Below, in pieces: positions 11,619 to 24,960 of a DNA stretch of 64,000 nucleotides (its first letter is position 1; every line of letters starts with the position of its first letter). Both the position numbers and the translations under genes were made by a program. The notes below the pieces were generated by a model that saw nothing but the letters and a program-made list of their open reading frames with translations, had not been told where the DNA came from and made no database searches. Origin of the DNA: Eukaryota sp. TZLM1-RC (Eukaryota; Protista; Metamonada: BaSk clade); contig JAUPSS010000002.1 in NCBI GenBank assembly GCA_040285825.1, positions 496,001-560,000 of the forward strand, given 5' to 3'.

Positions 11619-12246
11619 CAGTTGACAGCACAAAAATATTAAATAGTGGTAATTATTAAGCGAATTCACCTGGGTTGAATAACACCTCAAATTCACTTTT
11701 CACAATGGCCAAATTCACCTGCCCATTTACCTTGGTTCATTCTGCTCTTGTGGTCGTGGTGGTAGGGAAACGTGATTGTTTTACTGTTTTGCAACTCAAG
11801 AAAATATGTTTCATCATTGACATTTAACATAGTCAACGAAAAACGGATTCACTATTGAATTGCTTGATGTGTGAATTATTTCATGTATAAATTCGTGAGT
11901 GGCCTGTGCCTTACTTAAAATCAACAGGATTGTATAAATTGCAACTCTACTATTATCATAATGCTATCTTGCACAAACAGTCTTCAAATACATAAAATTC
12001 CATGTGTCTCTTGCACAAAGATTTTGAATTTCTGGGTTTTGTTAAAATCAGACATTCAACGATTGAAACATCGTAAATTTTTGTGAACCCTTTTTAGTCC
12101 AGTGCAATTTTCTTAATTTAACAAGCTCTTCGATCATTGTGTTAGTCAAACTATGTGAATAGCTGAGGAAATACGATACAATACAATAAACACTAAAAAA
12201 TATCAAAAATCATTGTGCACTTAACTCACTACTGACCCCTGCAGCG

Positions 12247-15200
12247 GTGCAACAAATTCGGACTGACCTTCCTTTGGTCACCGAAATTTGTCATGAAGCT
12301 TCTTTATTGCTTCAATCTTTTCTTCTAAATTTTCCGTTGGCATCTAGAGCTTTAGTGGAACAGGATGTTTTGTATCTGTTTTTGACCGTCATCACCACTG
12401 GTTCTTTTCCAAAGCCTTCCACATCTAAAGGCCAACACCAATTACTCCATATCTTTTACAGTGGATTTCTTCCTGAATGCCCACAAGACAGATCTGTTGT
12501 TTCTTCATGGGACAATTCTTTGGTGCCTTATAGAAATTCATTCAATCTATTTCTCAATGCTTGGTTACAGTCTCAGAATTGTAATTTTATGAATAGAAAA
12601 GGGCTTTCTCCTTACTTTGCTTGTCGGGCTCGTCAATTTCCGTCTAACGTGAAGAGAAAGATTCTTTTTATTAAATGCATTTAAGTTTATCTTGAATCTC
12701 CTGCAAAAATTTCCTACCACTGCTTCTTTTCTGTCCTCACATGATTAAATCACCTTTTCATCAAAGGAAATTGGTGAGCTTTTTCTCTGTAATTTTAAAA
12801 TTTCACAATACTTACTCACTTTCTTTTCTCACATGCATTGCTGGAAAAAATTTAGAATAATACCTTTAGCTTCTCATAAAGGTTCTAAATTTCATGAGGT
12901 ACCTTCACATGTTTTCCACTCTGTGAAAAAATTTCCACTTATTGAAGGATTATCTTCCAAAACAAAGTTTATCAGAAATACATGTCTGAAACGGATATTC
13001 AACCAATGTCCTTACCAAAAATTCAATATCAACAGAAAAAATTTATTGAAAACTAATAGTAATGAATTGCTTTTGACCTTTGAAGGTAAAAATACTGATT
13101 CAGAAAACACAGATGAGCTGGATGAACCACCGAACAAGAAAAGAAGATTAAGAAAAGAAAGGAAAGGTGACCCAAAGAAAAATGCCAACAAAACCAGAGA
13201 AATACAGTTGAAGGGTATTAAAAAATTTCCCGTCGAAATTAAACTTGAACGGCCCCGATCGACGGTGATCTGGGCCAATCCAGATTATGTGGTTACTTCT
13301 TAAATGATAATCAATGTATAGTGATCCCTTGTCCAACTGGCAGAAGATACGCAACACAACGTTCTCCCAGTAAACACTGTCCCAACCAATATTCTGTTCA
13401 AAAATTCTACCAATATTTAAACCAATGGAATTTGATAGGGAGGAAAGTTTAACTGGGAAGTAATCGCCAGAAACAGAAAAAATTAAATTTGATGACCGTA
13501 AACGAAAAGAGAGACGATCAACATCACCATCTATATCTCTCGAATTTTGCAGAATTTTTAATGAATGAAGAACAAAATTTTTGGCTAATTTGCTCGATAT
13601 TGATTCTTTTGTTTACGTAGTCATATTTTTTGTAGCACAGAATTGGGAGGCCTGGATTTTCACAAATCTAAAAATTTTAGTAAAGTCGCATTTATCGATG
13701 GAGGCAAAAATTTCGTTTTTGAATTTTTGAAACGTTTTTCCGAAAACCAGCATTTAATAGAATGTTGTGTTAGTGACTATTTAGTGTCCTTGCAGAGTGG
13801 AATTGAATGCATCTCTCCTCACATATGGTCCAAAAGCTTTCCTGCTGATATTCAAGAAATTCCACCCAGGAGTTTGATTTCCTTGAAATTTGCATATGCT
13901 AAATTGCAGAAAAAGATATTAAAAGTTTTTGAAAACTTGGATTTTACTGTTCGTCTTAGCTTGGCTAAAAAAAGAATCCCGTTTTTGCAAACTTTCCAAT
14001 TGATCTTAAGGAAAGTAGATCAAGTTGTCTCATTTCCCAGATTCCAAATGTATATGGTTTATTATTAAATGATCATCAATGGACAACTGTCTTCAGGATG
14101 CGGTGTTTTCTGTGGCCATGTAGTGTGCCAAATGATTTGATTTGTCGTTTTGGTCAGCTCATCAATCTGAATCATTTTTTTAATTGCAAATTTAATATTA
14201 CATATCGCTCAGTAGTTCACGATGCTGTTAGAGACCAACTATACGCTATGTGCAAAAGTCATTACATTGAAGCTTTTGTTGAACCACTTGTGCAAAGGTT
14301 GTCATCTGAAAATGAAGATGAAAATACTTTGGGAAACGCCGTGCTGATTTAATTACCCCTGGGTCTGATGGTTTTATTAAAGTTGTTGATTTTTGTCACT
14401 GTTGATGTTTGTAAAGACTCAGCAAATGATTTTGCTAAAAGAGATGACACTCCACTTTGCTTTGCTGAAAAGAGCAAAATCAAAAAGTACAATGAACCCT
14501 TATCTCAGCTAGGACGTGTTGAGCATGTCAAGTATCAGTTGGTTTCATTTGCTGTTTCTCTTTTTGGTAACATTGGAATATCTGGCATTAAATTTCTTGA
14601 TGGTTTCAGAAGTTTAATAAAAGAAAGAGCAGGAAAAAAAATTGAACTTCAATTTCTTCCACAATAGAATTGTTTTTAGTATTCTTAAAGCAATTCCAGA
14701 AATGTTGACCAAAGCACTGTTACGATTGGGAATAGAGTATGAAAATCGTGCGCTTAATAGATTTGATGATGTTGATGCGTGTATTGAGGTTATTGAGTCC
14801 TAGTTTTTTTGTTTAATGTTTTGTTAGCGTTGAAAATAAATTTTTTTATTAAAAAAAAGAGAGACGGTTCCGAGATATCCTCAACAAATTTCAAAGGCTG
14901 GCTGGACATCCTAAAAAGCTCTACCTTGTTGTCGGTTCGGCTAATTTCCCATCTCATTCCCAAAAAATCAATCGATATGGATCAGCCAGGGCTTTCACAC
15001 AATGGTTGTGTTATCAAAAGGACGTTAAGCACTTGTCAACCAGTGAATTTAATACAAGCAAACTGTCCAGTTGTGGCATTGCCGAGAATATACAAGAATG
15101 TACAAGCAGTTTTATGGCAGATGCGTATTTGTACTGAGTGTCAAATAGTATATGATAGAGATATTTCCACTGCAAAAAATATTCAACTTAAGAAGAAAGC

Positions 15201-15252
15201 GCAATTGTGCCCGGAAAGATACATTTGCCCAGAAGCTCTGTTGATTAGATGA
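12247..15252 (+). pseudogene. Fanzor locus D (divergent subfamily), decayed and interrupted by a retrotransposon at 13517-14854
   Basis: N-terminal VTEICHEASLLLQSFLL. KIKFDDRKRKERR (to 13516) resumes after the insertion as RFRDILNKFQRLAGHPKKLYLVVGSANF...STSEFNTSKLSSC, then CTECQIVYDRDISTAKNI...PEALLIR (Zn finger + RuvC-III). True start is probably slightly upstream. Confidence 0.8.
13517..14854 (+). mobile_element. 5'-truncated CRE-like retrotransposon, family B1, inserted in Fanzor D
   Basis: STSPSISLEFC, GGLDF, HDAVRDQLY, KIKKY. AATAAA and A-tail. TSD AAAAGAGAGACG at 13505-13516 and 14855-14866. Confidence 0.92.
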
Positions 15253-16211
15253 ATGAAAAACCTGAGCATACAGAAACAAAAACTTTTGAAAAACTTATAT
15301 TTTATTTTGAGTGTTTGAAAGTATTATTTATTGAAGTTGCACACTTAATTAAATTAACTCATAACTAATGGGACGACTATCATTGAACCAAGATTTCCTC
15401 TACAAAATCTTGATCTGCTTGCTGTCTAGCTAAAGCTTCTCTTATTCGATTGAAAAACCGAGGTAATCTATTAATAATGGCAAATAGAATCCGTGACCGC
15501 CATAAAAAAATATCAAATCTTTTCATTGTCTTTTCTTGCACCATTTTTTGGAAGTCATTCAAAAAAGTTTCTGCTTCATCTGATAATTTTCCATTTATTG
15601 AAAATGGGAAAGCAATAAAAACCAGCTGTGTATTTCTATCGGCATTAGTCTCTTCAATATTTTTATCATATTTTCTATGTTTCTCTTTTGCTTAAAAATC
15701 AAGAGCAGTCACAGGATTAAGTTTTCTTCTGTGAACCAAAGTATCGTTTGCAACATTACATGAGACAAAGTCAACAATGGCTTCAGAATTATCAATCCAA
15801 TCACAGTATACATCACCTCTATCATCAGAACCAAAATTATTCAGAGAAAGTGTTTCCTTCAACAGGGGCTCTTTGCTACACGAAATTCTTGCAGTTTGTG
15901 CCATATTGAAAACAGTGTCTCTAACAGCATCATGTAATGAAGAACGATAAGTTATCAATTTAGAGCAATTTAGAGCATGGCGCAAAGTGAGTTGAGGTGA
16001 ATTCGAACAAATACATTTTTCTTTTGATAATAATTGATTATTGGGGATGTTCAAATATAATCTCATTTTTGTTACAAATGTTTCATTAGTGGCGCACAAT
16101 CCAAATCTTCGTGGTACAATGGTTACAAAAAGTGAAGAATCTGATGACTTGCTTTCACAAACACCCTTTTCCAATAACAATGAGTGAAGATCTTGATTTA
16201 AAACAGCCGAG

Positions 16212-19200
16212 TTTTTTTTCTCCCTCCCTTAGTCAACCTTCTCATATTTCACTTTCTGTCAAGGCGTCAAAGTCTTACTGTTTCTCTGTCAAAACGATGC
16301 CATTGGCTGATAGTGACTCTGATACTGATTGAAACTCCCGAGTACAGATTCTACCAGTTAGATCAAGCTCATCTTCTTCACTTCTCCACTCTCCCCACAA
16401 TACAAGCTATGCTCGAAATTCATCTCAAAAAAAATTTTCATTCAAAAACTGATCATTGTACCAGAAAAACACACAAAAACCACAATTACGATCCTTACGT
16501 TCTGTTGCGCGTTCCATTAACAACTCCGTTTCTCGAAATTTGTTTTCTCCTGCTGAAACTGGAAAAAGTCAAAAATCTACTTCTACTTTTAACTCACAAA
16601 TTGACAAAATAGAAATAACTGAAACAATGAAACCATTGCCATTAAAAGGTTCTAAAAAATGTTCGATTTGTGGTATCAGTGGTCATAATTCGAGAACATG
16701 CCCCGAAAAACAAAAAAGAGAAATTGAATTAAAATCTGCTCAACAAATTCTCGAATGTTCTGTTCCAGCTGATGCCGATGTGAAAGGTGCTGAAAATAAT
16801 GTTTCTGACGATCAACATTTGAATGCTTCTAGTGCTCACTCTTCTTCCCCTTCTGAAAAGCATAATTTTTGTTGTCCATTTTGCAAAAAAAATGTTACAG
16901 ATTTAAGATATGGTCGAAAACTTTTGTTTTGTACCAATTGTAAAGCTGCTGATACCGTAAGACCCCCGATCCAGATCCCAGTAGAAATTAGCCCCGCCAG
17001 TACAATTCCCTTCTCAATGGAAATGAGAAATTTTATTTCTGAAATGAAAAATAATAAGTGGAATATTTCATCCTTCTGGAAATATTTTGCTCGAAAAAAC
17101 AAAAATTGTTTTAAAAAAAATTTGGAAATAGAAAAATAGTAAAATCAAAATTATTCCGAAAATTGTGCTTACGTGGTCGTTATGGTGCCACAAAACAGTC
17201 CTTGTTTTCCTCTTCCTTGGCTGATGCAAACTCTGATACCCTTGAAAAACTTCAAAAGTTGCATCCTCAAGAAAATTTTAAGTGCAGCAAGCCTGAAGTG
17301 TGTCCTTCTTGGATTGAAAATCCTATTACTTCAATTGAAGTTCTTAAAGCTATTCAAAAATTACCAAAGGGGAAAGCAGCAGGCCCATCTGGAATTTCTT
17401 TTGATCTGTTAAAAATAGCGTGTTCCAGTGCTTCCGAAATTGCTGATGATCTAGCCCATTATTTTCAACAATTAATTGTTTTGAAAATTAATCCTCCTTT
17501 TGAATTACTTGATGCACGTCTGATTGCTTTGGTAAAGCCTGGTAATGGAATTGAACCTGATGCAATACGCCCAATTGCTGTTGGTGAATCTCTATCTCGT
17601 TTGCTGGAATCAATTGTCTTCGATCGTGTCAAAGACAAAGCTTCTACATTTTTGAATCCTCATCAATTTGGAATCAAAACAATTGATGGTGCTTCTGTTG
17701 CTGCTATTGCCTCAGATACTTTTTTTAATGCAGAGGAAAATAATTATATTTTTAATCTTGACTTCAAAAATGCTTTTAATTCTGTAAAGCGAAAAGCATT
17801 TTTTGAAGTAATTAAATCTGATTTTCCTGAGCTAACTAGTTCTTTCTACCAATTTTATGGTAAAGAATCAGATTCAGTATATGATTCATTTGGTGTAAAA
17901 TCATCTTCTGGTGTGAAACAAGGTGATCCTTTAGGCTCGTTATTGTTTTGTTTAGCTTTAGATACACAACTTTAGATATCATTGAGCAAAAACATCCTTC
18001 TATAAAAATAGTTGCTTATATAAATGATATAACTTTGATTGGTTCATTTGATTTACTAGAATTGGTTGCTCAAGAAATTGCCGATTCATATAAAAATATT
18101 GGGCTTTATCTTAATGCGAGCAAATGCCTTCTAATTGGCTCTTCTGCTCAAGATCTTGTGATAAACGATTCTATTGTCCCTTTTACTAATTATAGTAGTG
18201 ATGCTTTTAAGTTCCTTGGTTGTTGGTTAGGAAACGTGCCTCAAATTCAGAATGAATTGCAAGTTATTTTGGAAAAAATGAAAATTGAACTTGATTCAAT
18301 TTCTTCTTTAGATATAGAACAGCATATTAAATTTTTCATGCTTAAAATTTGCTACACTGGGAGAATAACCCACATTTTGAGATCTTGTGCTCCTTCCATA
18401 GCATTAGATTTTTGTCGTTCATTTAATTCATTGAGAACAGAATTTTTTGCTGATTTATTGGATGTAGAACCAGGAATGTTGAAAAGTCACTTATTTTTTT
18501 CATCAAATTTGGGTGGTATTGGATTTACTAAATCTTCAATTTTGTGTCAATCAGCATTCTTGGGTGGTGGCAAATATTTTATTTATGAATTTTCTCGTAG
18601 ATTTCCTGATGATTCTCATCTGTTAGTTCCCGATTGCAGTCCCTATTTGTATGAGTTATCTTGTGAACTTGAAAAATTGCCGCCACAAATTTGGACCAAA
18701 TGTTTTCCTCAATCAATTCAAGAAATTCCAAACCGATCTCTTTTTAATTTACAGTTTTGCTGTAAAAAGCTTCAACAAAATTTGTCAAAGATTTTTGAAA
18801 TCTTGGATTTTGATGTTAGACTTGGCTTGGCCAAGAAAAAGAATCCCGCTTTTGCAATTCTTTTACAAGATATGTGTGACAGTACTTCTTCTGCCTTAGT
18901 AACAACAATTCCCCAAGTTTATGGTACTCTTTTAACCGATTCTGCTTGGACTCTAAATATGAGATTTCGTTCCTTTATCTGGCCTGATGATTTACCTTAG
19001 AATTTAATTTGTAAATGTTCTCGAGAAATTACAATTACTCATTTGTTAAATTGTAAACATTTTATTACTTTTAGAAGCAAAGTTCATGATGCTGTAAGAG
19101 ACCAGTTATATTGTATGTGTAAATCTCATAGAATTGAATCCTTTTTGGAGCCTCTGTTGTCAAGTCTGTTTGATGCTGAAGATGATTTTCATAAGAATAA

Positions 19201-20395
19201 TAGAGATGATGTTATATTACCTGGATTAGATGGAAGTTTCATTTTATTGGATGTAATGTCTGTTGATCCTTGTAATGCCTCAAATGAAAGGCTAGTTAAT
19301 TCTGAAATTCATAATGCCCTTTCAAATGCTGAAAATTTTAAATTCAAAAAATACAATGAACCTTTGTCCAAATTGGCCAGTCTACTGCATGCAAAATACA
19401 ATTTGTATCCATTTGTATTTTCCCTTTTTGGTTCACTTGCACCAACTGTTTTACGTTTTTTGGATGATTTTGAAATGATTGTAAAGAGAAGAACTGGCAG
19501 AAATCTCAACAGATTGTTTTGGCAATCTTTAGAAGCAAAGTGCATAATAACGTCAGGGACCAAATTTATGTAATGTGCAAATCATATCGAGTAGATTCCT
19601 TTTTAGAACCGCTGTTATCAAAATTAATTCTTGATGATCCCAATATTGATAGTACGCGTTACAACAGAGCTTCTATGGGTCTGACTAGAGGTGATCTAGC
19701 TGTTCGTGGTTTAAATGGTAGTTTTACTATTTTGGACGCCATGTCTATTGACCCTTGTAACTCCTCTAACGAACATTTCATTAACTCGGATGTAAATAAT
19801 CCTCTTCTTGCAGGCGAAAAATATAAAATTGCTAAATATGCGAAACCCATTTCCTCGGTTAATGAAAATTCTCATGCCCAATATAATTTATGTCCATTTG
19901 TTTTTTCTTTGCTTGGATCTCTAGGTAAGGCTGCTATGGCTTTCCTTGAGGATTTTGTTGTAGTTGTAAAGGAAAGAACTGAAAGAATTTTCAATCGTGT
20001 TTACTGGCAAAACAGGATTGTATTTTCTATTTTTAAGGGAATAGTAAAACTAATTTCTGATTCACTATCTTCTTTTGGGAAATTTTCTGAATCTTTAGCA
20101 ATTAATTGTTTTGATGTAGGGGAGGCAGGTTTTGAGGATGTGGAGTTTTAATTGTGTATTTCATATTTGTTTCATATTTGTTGTTGAATAAAAATTTAAA
20201 ATTTAAAAGATTGTTTTGGCAAAATAGAATTGTGTTTTCTATTTTTAAGGGGATGTTGAAGATGGTTTCTGATGCTTTGCTTTCTCTTGGATCTCACTAT
20301 GAGAGAGTTGCATCTAGTGTTTTTATTCTGGGAGAGATGGATTTTTTAGATGTTGATTTATAGGTTTTGAATAAAATTAAAATTTTGGTCAAAAA
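16212..20395 (+). mobile_element. Apparently full-length CRE-like retrotransposon, family D (CCHC knuckle, CxxC pair, RT, RLE), frameshifted
   Basis: CSICGISGHNSRTCP, KAAGPSG, IRPIAVGE, HQFG, DFKNAFNS, GVKQGDPLG, AYIND (degenerate YxDD), HDAVRD, LLDVMSVDP, KFKKY. TSD AAAACAGCCGAG at 16200-16211 and 20396-20407. Confidence 0.92.
19526..20207 (+). mobile_element. 3' fragment of family C retrotransposon nested in family D
   Basis: HNNVRD, RGDL, KIAKY, ending EAGFEDVEF. TSD AGATTGTTTTGGCAA at 19511-19525 and 20208-20222. Confidence 0.92.
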
Positions 20396-21069
20396 AAAAC
20401 AGCCGAGCTGCATATATTATTATAAAGATCTTTTTCATACATTCCAGTCAATCGTTTTTGTAATGTTCGAAGAGTGTACTTCAAATTTAAAACATTTTTT
20501 TCTGGATTATTGCCATTGAATGATTGAGGAAAGCATCGACCCCATTTTTCTGCATCAATTTTTGAACTTTCTTCATTTAATGCAAAAACAGTGGAACTTT
20601 GCGTTGCCATCAATAAATCTTCCCAATCTGCAAATCTTTCGGAAAACTTAAAGATTGCATTTCTGCATCCACCAACAAAAGCACACGAGGTAAGAATAGA
20701 AGCCTTTGTCCACCCTAAACCGCCATAATGTGGACTAAGGTAAGCATGGTCTGGAATTTGGAACATTTTACATCCCAGTAATTGTGACAGAACTTTTGCA
20801 CGTAATTCATTAAACTTCTGAGCCAAAGGCCTAGTGACAAGAGGATTTGTAGATTGAAATATATGATTGAAATTGGAACTAAAACACAGTCTCATAATGG
20901 TAAATTTGATGTGTTTTTGTATATCTAAATTCATCATTCGGTCAATTTTGTCGGAATTGAGTTCAACTTTTCCAACAATTTTTTGGTAATTTCATCATTA
21001 TTTCCTAAAAACGAACCCAAATGACTTTTTTGAGTGTTTTTTTTATTTTTAATTAATTTGAAAAACTTT

Positions 21070-21307
21070 TGAGACCGATCTACAAATGTCTTAGTAGCAT
21101 TTCGTAGATCCACTTAGATACATCAAATCGTGAGGCTTTTTTCTGTGAAAGCAGTAGGTGTATTTAAGTGAGGTAGCCCATTGATGAAGATCATGATTGT
21201 CTTTGTCAAATGATGCTACATGTCTCTTACAGCCTGTGAGTATACATTGAGAAAGTTGAAAACAGGAATGAATTTCACAGGGGAATGTATGATAAGTGAA
21301 ATTCACA
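21070..21307 (+). ncRNA. Putative omega-RNA scaffold of Fanzor D, displaced 5.7 kb by the retrotransposon stack
   Basis: Successive hairpins: GATCTACAAATG/CATTTCGTAGATC; CACTTAGATACATC/GGTGTATTTAAGTG, whose two mismatches are G-U pairs on the + strand; TTGATGAAGA/TCTTTGTCAA. CTGTGAG at 21234 is complementary to the end of terminal GAAATTCACAG (21298-21308). Confidence 0.65.
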
Positions 21308-22845
21308 GTTAAGCGGATGAAATTAAGCTTTTTGGCCTCTGCAAAACTTGAAGTTTTTTATTCATTTGCATGAAATAGAAATAGATCCCTTCTTTTTATT
21401 GCTTTTATATATTGCTTTTGAGAGCTTGAAATGCTAATTCTTTGCAGTGATTTTTCATTTAAAACTTCAGAATGGGTAATCATTTCATCAACGATTTGTA
21501 GTTATTAGCAACTACTTTTGCAGAAACTTCAAAAGAAAATGATTCATGCAAAAAATCTAAATTAGACAATAACATTTCAAGACTCTGATATTTCGAACTT
21601 GTTAATTTAAGACTATTATCTAAACATTGTTCCATCGGTAATTTTGACTCACAAATCAGAACCGTCTTTCCTTCTTGATTCATCTACATTTTTTGTGATA
21701 AGAATTAGATCAGGACCAAACTCAGTGACAACCAAAGGAAAATTAACATAATGATTTTTGTGATAAAGTAAATCGCAGTAACCATCATAATGTTCTAGGA
21801 AAGGAAGCAAGAGGTTTACAAAATTATTTAAAGTTGAATTATGTCTCCAGTTAGGTCTATTGTGTATTTTGGGGATTTGATAACTTGGACAACTGCATAA
21901 AATGCGGTACAACTTAGCAGGTGCAGATTGAAATAATGACCCCACAGCAGACAGTAGATAGACATATCAGGCATTTTCCGACAAATTTTCCATCAATAAA
22001 GGTTATCAGCAGTAGGTAATACATTCAAGGAAGAATGCAATGATTCTAGAAGGTAGATTAATCAATAAGCACAGTCTTTGATAATCAGTGTTAATATTTC
22101 TGAATTTAAAAAGAATTAAATTGAAATCTTTTAATCTACATTTTTCTTTGACAAAACATAATTGGAATTATTAAGGGCAATAAAAGCATCTGTTGGATAT
22201 TGTTTACCTAACACCCTGAAACGCTTCTCTTAGTTCATCGAAGAAAGTTTGAAATCATTAAATCATAAGAATGGACTAGTTATCAATTTTGAATTATCAA
22301 CGGATTACTGGTCAATTTTCGAATAACAAATAGCATTAAATATTTCTACAACTACAACTAAACAATTAGTCCATTCGATACAGGAAATATATTTGGAAGA
22401 TCAAGAGGACAGATGATTCTGATCTACCGAATAAATAAATGTTATCAGCAAAAGCAATGTTTGTTATACTAAGACCTGATCCAATGTCATTCCATGTTGG
22501 GCAATAATTTTCGGATCATTTAAAGGGGTTGTGGGAAATTGATAACAATAAAAAATGACAAAGGAGACAATATCTCCTCTTGGAAGAAACTTAATTTTTG
22601 ATTGATGAAAATCTCTTGATTATTCAATTCTAAGCGAAACCGGAGTTTTGAAGAGCTTCAATGAAATTCATTGGAAATTTATAAAATGTGAGGGTAAAAT
22701 TAAATAAATTAATTAAAATTTAAGAATGTCTAACTGAATCGATGCTCTCGATACTCAACAAAATCATCCAAGAAAAATAAAGAGAGTGGTACAAGCGTGA
22801 ATTGGAGTGTTGAACCAACTTGATTTATTTCACCCTTCACCCTTC

Positions 22846-22955
22846 TGTGAATTTCATCGGAAATGCATACATCAAGTAGCATTCCTCCATTCCCTTATAC
22901 GGTTTCCTTTTCAGGATCACAGCGCCCGAAGGCAATACATGGATACAAACAACTA
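22846..22955 (-). ncRNA. Putative omega-RNA scaffold of Fanzor A1 (guide expected at about 22826-22845)
   Basis: CCATGTATT, c(UUCG)g hairpin, TGTGA, GAAA-tetraloop hairpin, terminal GAAATTCACA. Identity with copy A2 stops exactly at this motif. Confidence 0.75.
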
Positions 22956-24960
22956 TCACTCTCTCACCTCCCTTCTAAATGTCTCTGGTCTGATCCCAGT
23001 AAAATGTTCAGAAATCGCAATCTCTAGCTGATTTCTTGAAGCGGAAATGTCTCTAGACCAGCGTTCATCACATCTAGGACATTCAAAGTAAGCATTATTG
23101 ATTCTTCGAGTGCCTTCATGATACACCTTCCTGTGATGTACCTTGCAACAATTGGTTTTGGCAGATGTCATGTATTCATCTCCAACCTTCACATTGGCAA
23201 AGTATTTCTTTACTTCTGTGAGAAACTTCTTAGTTGGGGCTTTGGTGGATTGTCGAGAAGGTCCATTACCGCCATTACCAAACCAAATAATAGTCTCCCT
23301 GTTATTAGCTAGTCTCTTAATTTTGTTAATGAAATGAATGAACCTTTTTTGTCTTCTTATCACAAAATCAAACTTATTTCGTCTCACAATTCTGTCTGTA
23401 CTATTGGTCAATGTTTGGGAAACCAAAGAAATTGTTTCCTGCTCATCATTCATTATCAGTGAAGCTATTTCAATGAGATACTTGTTGAAGCTCTCAACGG
23501 AATAAGTGTTCACAGAGGATTGAGTGAGTGGCTGGGGAAAATCAATTACTTTTGCTTTTGGATTCAGTAGAATTCCAGATTGTTCAACAATTACCCTATT
23601 CTCTTGTGAACAATGTCCAGTTGTCCAACCACATAAATTTGAATGGTTTGGATCAACCGCCACGAAAAAAAGGTCTTCTCTGATGGGAAGATCCTGCGAG
23701 CAATCTTGAGACCGTCTCGCAATTTTCCTCGGTCGGTTAGCTCGCCCATTTATTCTCTTATTTCGTTTTCTAGTGGACTCTCTGAAATAAGGACGACTTT
23801 GACCCAATGCTTGAATTTCAGAATTTTTTCTCCTGGTGCACGTCTTTTTGGGTTTCTTTGAAAAAGTGAAGCGCAATGAGAGTCCATTGCTAGAAACTGA
23901 GAAAGTTTTAAATTTTTTCTTGTTAAAAAACTTAAAAGGGTTCCGTAATAATTGTTGGTTAGGATTCAATTTTTGAAATATTCCAGAGCTTGTTGATTAA
24001 AAAGGAACAAACCCTGGAACTTTGGTGGCAATTGGGGATAAGGCATGTCTTCGAAATACATTTGGGCATGTACTTTCTAGACGATGTAAAATTGCCAATC
24101 CCCAATGGCTTATCAACCAACAATTATAAACAGTGACATCCAATTCATCACGCCTCAGGGCACGCGTATACAAATCATTAGATGTTACTGTTTGGTTCCA
24201 AATTTCGGAAATATGAAAATGATATTCATCATACCATTGTCTTAAATTTGCAGAAATTGTGGAACCGGAAACCACACAACTGGCATACTTTGATGGAGCA
24301 GGACACTCCATCTGCTTACCCATAGACCTGAAGAAATTCAGTTTCCAGGTCACAGGGCCATCGGTCAGCAGCTGTCTGTGAGCTGATTCGAGTTGAACAG
24401 TTCTATTGCTAAAAAGAGCAGCCTGACAAAAGGGTGGATGTTCTTGGCCCTCTACTAACGGAGGCCACGGCCAGGTAGCACTTGATGTCATATGCGTAAG
24501 AGCCTCATAGACATCAGGGTTAGTGCTCTTGAAAGGCTCCCTAATTTTAGGTCGACTGTGGGTGACGCAGTCGAAGCACTGCGACCAGAATTGACGGTGA
24601 GCGAGCCAGCAGGACAGATGCGGATATTCTAATAGAAGCTTTCTTGCCAATAAGGTGGCATAGAAAGCAACATCTCGTAAGTGAATAAGCTGTGCCTCAA
24701 TAGCTTGAGCAGCACGAGAGGCAAAAGAATCTTGGGAGGCTTACAGGCACAGTCGTGGTTGTGGCAGACGGGAGAGGGTCTGGTGGCGGGCGAACTGGAA
24801 CTGGGAGTGGCCTTTCGCCCTCATTTAAGCCAGTACTTGGGTGGTGCACTGCTTCTGGAATCCAACCATTATCATCTGGTGATGACACTTGTCTCTGAGG
24901 ACAAGTACGTCGGTTGTGGGTGGCCGCCCGGCAGACGGAACACGGCATAGTGTCAGACAA
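22956..24960 (-). CDS. Fanzor A1 (Fanzor1-like TnpB-derived nuclease, ~667 aa when joined) with N-terminal CCHC knuckle; three single-base homopolymer frameshifts
   Basis: RuvC-I FVAVDPN; IIWFGNG followed by rearranged RuvC-II DEYMTS; CC...CPRC Zn finger; RuvC-III WSRDISASRN; RPETFRR tail. ORFs 24697..24960, 23997..24650 and 22956..23969 join if the homopolymer lengths of copy A2 are used. Confidence 0.88.

Larger units (their letters stand above)
15317..21027 (-). mobile_element. Family A retrotransposon, split by the nested family D element
   Basis: Family A sequence at 15317-16211 and 20396-21027. TSD TTTTGAGTGTTT at 15305-15316 and 21028-21039. Confidence 0.9.

Noticed and set aside
6119-20395. 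Programmed frameshifting or an alternative genetic code explaining the broken ORFs
   Set aside because: Break positions differ among copies, and host genes use TAA, TAG and TGA as ordinary stops; decay or homopolymer error suffices.
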